DNA of 64,000 nt from Hyaloraphidium curvatum SAG 235-1 (Eukaryota; Fungi; Monoblepharomycota): positions 124,001 to 188,000 of the forward strand of contig JAIVFI010000019.1 of assembly GCA_025558095.1 (NCBI GenBank), read 5' to 3'. Shown here in pieces: positions 54,674-64,000 of this stretch; position 1 is the first letter of the stretch; every line of letters starts with the position of its first letter. The notes below the pieces were generated by a model. The model searched no databases. It was not told where the DNA came from and was given only the letters and a program-made list of their open reading frames with translations. Made by a program: the position numbers and the translations under genes.

Positions 54674-55934
54674 TCAACCCTTCCACACGACGTCCTCGAT
54701 GTCGTCCATCGAGAACGCGTACCGCGCCCGCACCTCGGGCGGGCTGCCCGCCGGCGCCGGCGCGAACGACCTCCAGTTCTCCGCCGTCACCATCCCCTCC
54801 GCGGCCGCGATCGGCGGCTTTCCCGCCCCCATCAGCCCCTTGGCAATGTAGCAGTAGGCCGTATCCGTCGCGGCCTTGCCCAGATCGAGCCAACGCATGC
54901 CGAGCACCTCGTCCGCCCGAGCGTTCGACATCTCGCACCTGAGACCGAGGAGGGGGACCACCACCGCGAGCGCGCCGTCGAAGAAGCTGAGCAACCAGAG
55001 CAGCCACGACGGGAGTGTGCTCTTGGGGACCGAGTATCCGTGCTTCCCGAGCTCCGCAGCGAGGTCCTCGGCGATCTGCTTCATCGTCCTGTTCTCCTTG
55101 GCCACGATGATCCGCTTCCCGCCCGCCTCGGTCCGGAGCATCGCCCTGAGGTGCGCCAGGGCCACGTCGCGCACGTCGAGGGAGAAGATGGTGAGATCCG
55201 GGACGCCGGGGATCTCGCGGTTCACGAGCTGGCGGAACAGGATGAGGGAGGATCCGATTGCATCCGAGGGGCTGGGGCCCAGGATGAAGCCGACGTTGAG
55301 GACGCAGAGGTCGAAACCGAGGTCGGGGTGGGACTGCATGAAGTTCCACGCGGCCTTTTCGGCGCGAGTCTTGGAGACGGGGTACGGCCCCGCTTTGGAC
55401 TCGTCTGTCCAGTCGGACTCGTCGAATCTGTGCCCGAAAAGAACGTCAGCACGTCCGTCCCAACCTTGACGCGCTCTAGAGAACCCACACTTTGCCCGTC
55501 TTCCACTCGGCGAACCTGCCCTCGTTGATCGCCGCAGTAGAACCCGTTAGAACCACCCGTTTCACGGTCTTCGCCTTCGCTGCCGCCTCCAGGACAAACA
55601 GAATCCCTGCCACCGCGGGGCCGATAAGTTCCTTCTCCGCATCCCGCACGCGTTCCGTCGGTACGGGAGACGCCGTGTGCAGAACGTAAGTCACGCCCGC
55701 CACGGCGTCTTCCCAGCCTTCGGGCGACGAAAAATCGGCGGCGACGAGCTCCACCGGCGCGCGGGGACCCGTCAGCCGGAGCAGGCCCGCGGTCTTTGGG
55801 TCCGTCTTTGGGTCGGCCGGCACGCGCCGGACGGTGCCGCGGACGCGGTAGCCGGCGGCCAAAGCATAGGCGGCTAGCACGGAAGCAAAATAGCCGGTGA
55901 TGCCGGTAATTAGAACGAGAGGCGGTTCGGCCAT
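54674..55934 (-). CDS. NAD(P)-dependent epimerase/dehydratase (aldehyde reductase/DFR-like extended SDR), one intron
   Basis: LITGITGYFAS, VLHTASP, YPVSKTRAEKAAW (YxxxK), DVRDVALAH. Confidence 0.92.
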
Positions 55935-56334
55935 GGTCGTGAGAGACTGACGCTACCGGACTTGTCGACCGCGCCCAAACAAGTTTGAGTGGAACCAGGA
56001 AACTCTTCGCTCCTTGGCGGGACTAGCTTGCAAGATCAATCTGTGGCCTTTGCTTTCGCTGATGGAAATGCCAGGTCAGGTTGGGGAAGGCATGGGAGGA
56101 AACTTCAGGTAGTCGAGATGGAACCGAGTGCCGGACGGCGATCGGGTGAATACCATGTGATGCGGCGTAATGCGGAGCAACGCCAAAACAGGCAGGGAGA
56201 TTCTGGCGATTCTCACGAGGGAAGTTCCGCGTGGGGCAGTGCGCTCAGCCACGGCCGGTTCCGCAGCCGCCCGCCCGGCTGCCTACAAAAGTCCGCGGCC
56301 GCCACCGACGCGCATCGCAAACGCGCACCCGAAA

Positions 56335-57973
56335 ATGAGATTCGCGACAGCAGCATTCGCCATCGCGGCCGCCCTCGCGGCGCCCGCTGCCGCCGCACCC
56401 CACCGGCGCCAGCCCCCGCCCGTCCCTCCGTACTGGACATTCGTGAACGGCACGGACCCCGCGACCGGGAATCCCGCGTGTCGCGCCAACTACAACACCG
56501 GCTCGTTCACGGGATCGGGGCAGCCGCCGAAATGGGAGTTCTGTCCCGCGCCCTGCGGTCCCGACATCATCCCGGGGGTGACGCAGGTGAACGGCACCCT
56601 CGAGCCATGCCCGCCGGGCGAGACGAACGGCCTGCAGCCACAGGACTTCCGGTGAGCGCGTCTGGGATTTTGGCGCAAAGACGCGTCTGAACACGCCTCC
56701 TCCCAGCTACTACCTCAACTTTACGATTCGCGCTTCCCCGCCGACCGCGAGCGGCATTTGCAACGTCAACAACATTGACGCCTGCGGCAGCTGCGAGATG
56801 GACCAGGTCTCCTCGCTTTCAGCCGCAGCGCCCATCACGAAGGGCTCCTACACGGACATGAATTGCGGCCTGATCGGCCCCTGCGCTTGGGACGCGCTGC
56901 AGCAGAACTTTGGCGCCGTCGTGCAGCAATCGGGGCAGTACAACTTCACCACCGTGCAGCTCAACGGCACGGCCCCGCTCCCGCAAAATACCTGGTGCGC
57001 GCTCGGCATGGGCTGCCCGCGCCTCGTGATCGACAACACGAGCACCTTCTACGGCTCCACCGTTCCGGACCCCCGAGGCACGCGCTTCCAGTGCCCGCTC
57101 TACGGCACCAACGCCACCACCGACACCCTCATCCGCCTTGATGAGATTGGCAACCCGCTGTGCGCCGTGGCCAAGCAGGGCGACACCGAGTGCCTCGAGA
57201 TGCCCATGGCCTGCTGCTTCAGCGCCTCCAACTCGTACAGCCCGCAGGTGCCGATCCCCACGGCACCCTGCAAGGGCAGCGCCGCCGACCCTGACCGCTG
57301 CACGCGCGCCAAGACGTACTTCTCGGATGGAACCTGGTACAACGGCACCGCCGGGCCCAACGCCGCCGTGCTGGGCTTCAACTGCACCTATCTCGGCCCC
57401 ACCGGCCCTACGACCGGCTCAAGCCCCTGGGTGGTGGCCACCGGCCCCATCCCCGTGGACCCCTTCACCTCGCTGGGCCCCCTGAACAACGGCACGGGCT
57501 ACTTCATCGTGCGACAGGAGCCCGGAGGCGGCCTCTCGTGCCTGGCCGACGGCGGTGCCTGCGTCAACATGACCTCGTCGATCTGCGCCAACAACGCGGC
57601 CGCGACTGCGCCGCTCAACGCTGTCTCAAAAGACGCGTCGGGGCAGGGGATCGTGGTCCCCGACGGGCTGACGACGATCACGGCCGGCACCACCGCGACG
57701 GTTGCTCCGACCTCCTCGGCAGCGACGTCGTTCGTGACCACCTCGGCCTTCGTTACCACCACGAACGTGCCAACCCCTGCAACAACCACCGCACCTTCCC
57801 CCTCGCCGGCTACCTCCTTCTCCGCGGCCTCGACCTCGTCGGCGGCCTCCTCGGCAGCGACGAGCACCGCCACCCCCTCCGCGACCACCTCCAGGCCCAG
57901 CTCCGCGGGGAGGATCTCCGGCCCGGGCGCGGCGGCGGCGCTGGCGGTGATCGCGGCGGTTCTGGCCTTCTGA
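56335..57973 (+). CDS. Secreted Cys-rich, N-glycosylated, probably GPI-anchored protein, one intron
   Basis: Signal MRFATAAFAIAAALAAPAAA; many N-x-T sequons; Ser/Thr stalk; C-terminal SSAGR...AAALAVIAAVLAF. Confidence 0.82.
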
Positions 57974-60186
57974 GCACGATGGCTGTTCTGTGACTGGTCA
58001 TTATGCTGATCTCTGTGTTGCGCGTGAGACATTAAGTATCGAATGCCTCAAAAAGTCGTCTCCTCTGTCCGATTGTTGAGCCGGAGGCGTCCCGATCGAT
58101 GCCTCATCGTGGCGTGCTGATTGGTTTCGCTATTCAGGTCGCACTCTGCTCCGTCCTCGCAATAGCAGTTGACAAAAGGGTACGTTGTCGAAGTGGTGGA
58201 GTGCCTGGAGTGATGATTCATGCGGAGTGGGAAACAGGCGCGCAGAACGACGACGCAGCCGTGACATCACTCGGCACCCGACATCGAGACGACCGTCCCC
58301 AAAGGGCTGCGCGACTGGCGCCCGCGGGTGGAGGGCCACCGATTGCCGCCTATGTGGTGGCAATGGGACGGCTCCAGCTTCCCGCGCGCATAGGCGGCGC
58401 CCGGCCCACCGCCAGCTCATCACCCGACCGCCGCCCTGCCGCGGCCGTCTGCGCCTGCCGTCGCCGTCGCATCTGACGGCGACGACGCTTGCTGAACGGG
58501 ACAGGGGCTTCAGATCGGACGGAGCTTGGGCGGACCGTGGAGGGCGCGCAGCGGCGGGCTTCCCTCCGGCACGCCGCCGCGGGCATCGCGGCGGTTTGCT
58601 GCGAAGAACGCCAAGCTGCTGCTTTCCCGCATCTGCATCCCGTGGCCGTTCATTTGCTGCTGTCAGCTTGGTCCCGAGGAACGCAGCCGCGATGATTGCG
58701 GTGCGGCTTCTCGTTGCTCGATTGCTGGGCCGCCGGACCTGTTCCTGCTCGGCGGGCACACTTGCGCCCAGGCTGGACTGAAAATGGCGCGGAAGCAAAC
58801 GGAGGCTGGGGACGCGGGCGCGGATCGGACAGGCGCAGGCAATCGAGCGAGGCGCCAGGAATGCTTTGCCGGCCGGCCCTATCCGGGGCCGGCACGGGAA
58901 GAAGAACACTCGGCGCTGCTACATCGTGGTTGGATATCGCCGTGAACGGGGTCGGGGACGGAAAGCGTGGATCGGACCGCATAGCAGTACACTAGCTGCT
59001 CTGGCCGGCCCGTTCCCGGGCCGGCGAGCTTGTAGTCGAAGCAGCCCGTCGCCGCGCCGCGCGTCACAGTCGGCTTCGGACTAGAAACGACCTTCCCCTG
59101 GCCGGCCCTCTCCGGGGCCGGCACGGTGCTTGAAGATGACGCCCGGACGCCGCCGCATCAAGGCGGGCTCGGACGGGGACCGGGGACGTGCCGGACCGGG
59201 ATGCCACTGGCTGGAGGCGCCGGGCACCTTAATTGCCGACCTCAGCCGGCCCTCGCCGGGGCCGACTTCGCCGACCTAGACGCCCAGCGCCGCTGCCTCG
59301 TCGCAGCCTTCTCGGGATGCGGGGACGGGACCGGCACCGCGCGGATCGGACCTCGCCAGCGCGAGCGCGGCGCCGGGCAACTCGGGATGGCCTCGGTCGG
59401 CCCTCAAGGGGGCCGACGAGATGGTGCGACCTTAGATATCCCGGTGCCGATAGTGCCGCGCTGCAACGAGCTTTGGAGGGTAGCTCGCCGGAAGGACGGA
59501 CGCAAGTCAGGGCGGGCAGGGCGCCGGAGATGGATAGCCCCCGGACCCGGACGATGTTAAGCCCGGGGCCCATCGCATGCCGCCGATCGTTCCATACGAA
59601 TTCCATTCCCCCGCGATCGCCCGTGCCGCTCCTCCCCGCAGCACGCGATCGCGCTGCCGCCTGGAAGCCCCCGCGAAGCCGTGCCGCCCCGCACCCGTTC
59701 CCCGCCCCACAACCCGCCATCGCCCCCGCGGACGGCCCCCTCCACCTCCCTGCAGTTCTTCCCCCGCCTTCGGAGCGGGGTTCGAGGGCAAAAGGCGGGC
59801 TCCGCACGGAGGACCCTGGGCGGGGGGGACCGCGAGTCATCCCCAACCCCCACCCCCTTCCCGCCGCGCGGGGGCGGATCGGAGCCCCGGGACGGCAAGC
59901 CCGCGTTCGCATCGTGCGATCGCAGGGGTTATTTCGGGCATCCGCGGCCTGCAGGGGTGTGTGCGGGCCGTGCACCGCCATCCCCAAATCAGTCAAGGCG
60001 GCTGCGCCCCGCGTCCGACATTCCCGTCGCGCTTCCCTCGCGCACGCCCGGCGATACCCCGCGGCGCGCAGGGCGGCTCGTCGCACGGCCGAGTTCGCGG
60101 AGGAGGACGAGGGACGGAGGTGAGCGGCGCGGTGCGCGGGCCGCGGGAGCGTGCTGAGTCGCGCCGCCGGGTGGCCAGGGTCTAGG

Positions 60187-63100
60187 ATGGCGCGTCGGGC
60201 CGGGGCGCTTGCGAGGTGCTGAGATGCGAGGGATCGAGATGACGGGCGGGGGGGGCGGGGAGGGCGCGGGGGGCGCGGGGCGGGGCGGGGCGCGGGGACG
60301 CGGGCGGGCCGAGGCGGGCGGGAGGGACAGGCCCCGGCCGCCCGGCGGAACGGGCTCGGCCCGGGCCCGCACTCGGGCGGACTCACTTGGAGGTGTTGCT
60401 GAGAGGACTGGGAGGGCTCGGGCGGGGAAGGGGGCTCGCCGGGCCGGGGGATGGGCGGGGCGGAGTGCCGCGGTGCTGCTGGCGCTGCTCGCTCTCCTGG
60501 GCGCGATGGCCTCTGGTGGGTCCAGCTGCATCCTGCCGTTTTTGTTTCATTGCCGACACACACCCAGTTGCCGCCCAGCAGGTGACGGACGCCGGCGCCG
60601 TCGGCAGCGTGACCTCGCGGCCGAACCAGGTGGTCACGACAACGAAAACCACCTCGCGGACGACGACGACGACGACCACGACGACCGTGCAGGCTGTCGA
60701 TACCACCGACATCGTCAAGTCGGACCCGACGACCGCGCCGCCGCCCCCGCCGACCACCTCGGGGACCACTTCTCCGCCGCCGCCGCCCCCGCCGCCGACG
60801 ACGACCACCGCGCCGGCCCCCCCGCCGCCGCCTCCGACGACGACCACCACCACGACAACGAAGGCGCCCGCATCGCCCACGGCCCCGCCGACGACCGCCA
60901 CCACCGAGGCCGCGCAGACCACCCCCGCCCCGGGGACGACGGCCGCCCCGACCACCGCAGGCCCGCCGACGACGTCCGATGCGACTACGACGACGACGAC
61001 CACCACTGCGACGCCGTCCGAGCCGCCGCCGACCACCAGGTGCGTTGCTCGTTTTCACGGGTGCACGACCTTCAGCTCATTTCACCGTGCAGCCCCACGA
61101 CAAACGGCATCGTCACCACCCCCGCCCCCGAGACTACCACGGTGACGATCATCACCACCGTGCGTTCCCGTCCCCGCCGCACCTCTCTCCTCGCCCTGAC
61201 CCCGCTTTCCCGCAGACCGTCCCCCCTCCCCCTCCAACCACCGCATCCCCCACCCCCCCATCCCCAACAACCACCACCCGCTTCCCCGCCACAACGGAAC
61301 GCACTACCATGTCCGCCTCCCCCACCCCCCCCGCCCCACCCACTCCGAAAACCACCAGGTGAGCCCTTTTGCCGTCCTGTTTTGCCGTTCCGTTCCGGCC
61401 CCCCGCCCCCCGGGGAGCGGGCGGGGGGCCCAACGCGCGGGGACCGGCGTCCGCCGCTCTTGTTTTTGCTGGGGTTGTTTTTGCTGGGGATCGCCCGCCC
61501 GGTTCGGAGCTGGAACTCCCTCCCTTCTCCCCCACCCCGATGCGGGTCCTGATGCAGCGTTCCTCCCCCTCCGCCTTCCCCCACTCCCGCACCGCCTCCG
61601 GAAACGACTTCTGCCACATCTGCTGCACCTCCTGCGACTGCTCCTCCGCCTGCGCCTTTTGCACCTGCGTCCGAAACTGCGTCCGCCTTTGGATTTCCTA
61701 CCACTTCTGCCGCGATGATACCAACGATACCCAGCACACGGACCGTCCCCGTCGCGACGACCGCCTTCACGTGGGTCGCATGCCTTTCCCCTGGTTGTGC
61801 CCGCGCATGCTGACGGACCGCCCCGGACAGCGTGCAAGCCGAAACGACCCGGACGACGTGAGTCCCTTTTCTTTGCACCGTTTTGCTGGGGCGCGCGCGG
61901 TTCCGGGGTGCCGGGTAGCGGATGGCCCGCGCCGCCTCCGGGGCCGGGGTTTGCTGGGGCGTTGGGGAGCGATTGCTGGGGTTCCCGCCGCGGGGCTCAC
62001 ATTTCGCCGCGCAGCGATGGTCCCCCCGTTCCTGCTGCGACGGGGCTGCCGGCAACGGCGGCCCTGGCGGCGACGGGCGGGGCGGAGACGCCCGGGCCCG
62101 AGAGCGCGCGCGCCCCAGAGGTCGGGGCGACGAGCGCTGCTGATACCCTTCCGCCGATTGCGATACCCAGCACGAGCACTACGAGCACGACCACGAGCAC
62201 GACCACCACGAGCTCGACGACCTCGTCCTCCCCCACGACCACCTCCTCCCCTTCCCCTACCCCGACTCCGGAACCCGAACCCGACCCGGAACCCATCGTC
62301 GTCGTCGTCTCCTCGACGACCTTCACGAGCTACCGCCCCTCGCGCACGCGCATCCCCGGGATCGTGTACACCGATTCGCCCGTTTCCGCGTTCGAAGCCC
62401 AGGGCCGCGCCGCGGGGGGGATTTCCAGCGGCGCGGTGGTGGGCATCGCGCTGGGGGTCACCGCTGCGACGGTGGCGGTGGTGGTAGGGGTTCTGTGGTG
62501 GAGCAAGGGGCGCAAGAGGGCGAGGGACGCGGAGGTGGGCGGCGGATTGGAGCCCGAGGGAGGGGATGCGCCCGAGATGGCGATGGCGCTTGCCCAAGGC
62601 GGAGAACCCAGGGCGCCGTCGTCGGCGGGCACAGCGGCCAGCCCGCCGCCCGGGTTTCCCGAGGATTGGGAGGCCGAGGCGGCAAAGGGGGCCGCGGCGG
62701 CGGTCGGGATCGTGCGGCTTGCGCCTGCGAGCGAAGGCAGCGCCACCGCGGCGTCGCCCGCCGTCGCGCCGCAGGCCGCGCTGCTCGCCGCGCCGGCATC
62801 GCTGCTCGCGGTACCCGACGCGGCCAGCGTGGTCGAGAGCCACGACGCCTTCTCCTTTGTCGAGACGCTGCCCGAGCTCCTCGGCCCCCCCGCGCCCGTG
62901 CACGAGGGCCCGCCCCCGACCAACGTCAAGGAGCGCACGGCGGCCAAGCGGCTCGCCATCGCCGCGGCGCGGGCGCACCTGTACACGTCGCCGCACCAGG
63001 CCGACGCCGCGTCGGTGCTCTCGGCGCCGAGGAGCTACGCGCCCAGCGTGGCCACCTCGGCGGCGCCGGACAGGGCGGCGTCGCCGCTGCCCACCGTCGA

Positions 63101-63842
63101 CGGGTACCTCGCCGCGGACAGGAGGCTGGGCGGGCTGACGGCCGACGACGCGTCGAGCATCGCGCCGGGGGCGCCGTTCGTCAACCGCAGGCTGCCGTCG
63201 ACCCTGTCGGCGAGCACGCTGCAGTCGACCGTGGTCAGGGCCCTCAACTACCCGACCGTGCCCCCCGCCGCCGCGACGCCCGCGCCGCCGGATCCATCGC
63301 CCGTGCCGCCGGCGTCGCCAACCGCCAGCTCCGCCGGGTCGCCGGGGAGCAGGATGAAGGGACCGCGGCCGCTCGAGCCGCCGTCGCCCACCCGCGGTTC
63401 CGATGGGGAGGGCGAAGGGCGGTCGAGGTCGCCGTCGCCCGCGGATTCGGACCGTTCCCAGGACTCGCAAGTGCCCCTGCTCGCCGCATCTGCCGCAGCC
63501 GCCGCCGACCGCGGGTTGGCCGACCACCCCGCGCTCCCCTCCGCTCCGGTGCACCCGCCCAACACCTTCCACGTCGAGGTCGGCCGCCCGTTCAACGTGT
63601 CGCTGTCGCTTCCCCCCGGGGAGCACCGTGCCGCGCTGGCCGACGGCCGCCCGCTCCCGGCATGGCTCTCGCTCGAGGGCGGCATGCTCGGCGGCACGCC
63701 CTACTTCCTCGCGGCGCCGCTGGACGTGGTGGTGCTCGAGGGCAGGGAGAGGATCAGGGAGCTGAGGATCGTGCTGGTCGAGGGGGACGGGGGCGAGTCG
63801 GTGTTCGAGGGGAGGTCGCTGTGGGCCGAGTCGATCCAGTGA
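60187..63842 (+). CDS. Mucin-like Thr/Pro-rich single-pass membrane protein, multi-exon; start uncertain
   Basis: Signal-like AAVLLALLALLGAMAS; poly-T/P tracts at 60640-61350; TM GAVVGIALGVTAATVAVVVGVLWW followed by KGRKR; long tail. Confidence 0.65.
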
Positions 63843-64000
63843 TCCGCCGATGACCGTTTGGGACCTTTTGTACGCCGACATCATGTCTTATTGCGCATCA
63901 TGCATAGATCTGCATCGTTTCGTCTGCTGCCTTCTTCGTCGGGCTCGTTTTCCTCGCCGTTCACCGTCGTCAAGCCTCCACCTCCTTCGATTGGGGACGC

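Noticed and set aside
58100-60180. ~2 kb GC-rich interval with several overlapping ORFs
   Set aside because: No consistent coding signal, tRNA or known RNA motif; treated as intergenic or upstream sequence
60640-61350. ACG/ACC/CCG triplet runs resembling a repeat array
   Set aside because: These encode Thr/Pro mucin tracts; there is no repeat-spacer structure, so not CRISPR or satellite

Overview
GC-rich eukaryotic genomic DNA with dense genes and many short (~50-60 nt) GT-AG introns carrying CTGAC/CTAAC-type branch sites. It is most consistent with an early-diverging (chytrid/monoblepharid-like) fungus; this is an inference, not a database result. There are about 30 protein-coding loci. Metabolic genes: a fatty-acid-type P450, ADH, BVMO, cytochrome b5-acyl-CoA dehydrogenase, homogentisate dioxygenase, PuuE allantoinase, glutamate dehydrogenase, WS/DGAT, a CYP102/505-type P450-reductase fusion, PhyH and an NAD-dependent reductase. 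There are also several secreted or membrane proteins. The most unusual object is a ~7 kb minus-strand RLE-type (CRE-like) non-LTR retrotransposon at ~26.8-33.9 kb. Its coding region is a chain of four overlapping ORFs: gag-like ORF1, a Pro-rich ORF, a 37-aa zinc-finger micro-ORF missed by the ORF track, and the RT-endonuclease ORF. Its 3' end can form a pseudoknot. Other notable items are a glutathione peroxidase homolog with Asp in place of the catalytic Cys/Sec, a chagasin (I42) inhibitor, a gustatory-receptor/7TMIC-like membrane protein, a large surface protein built from a duplicated module, and a duplicated GPI-protein pair with one disabled copy. Boundaries of spliced genes were inferred by eye and are approximate.
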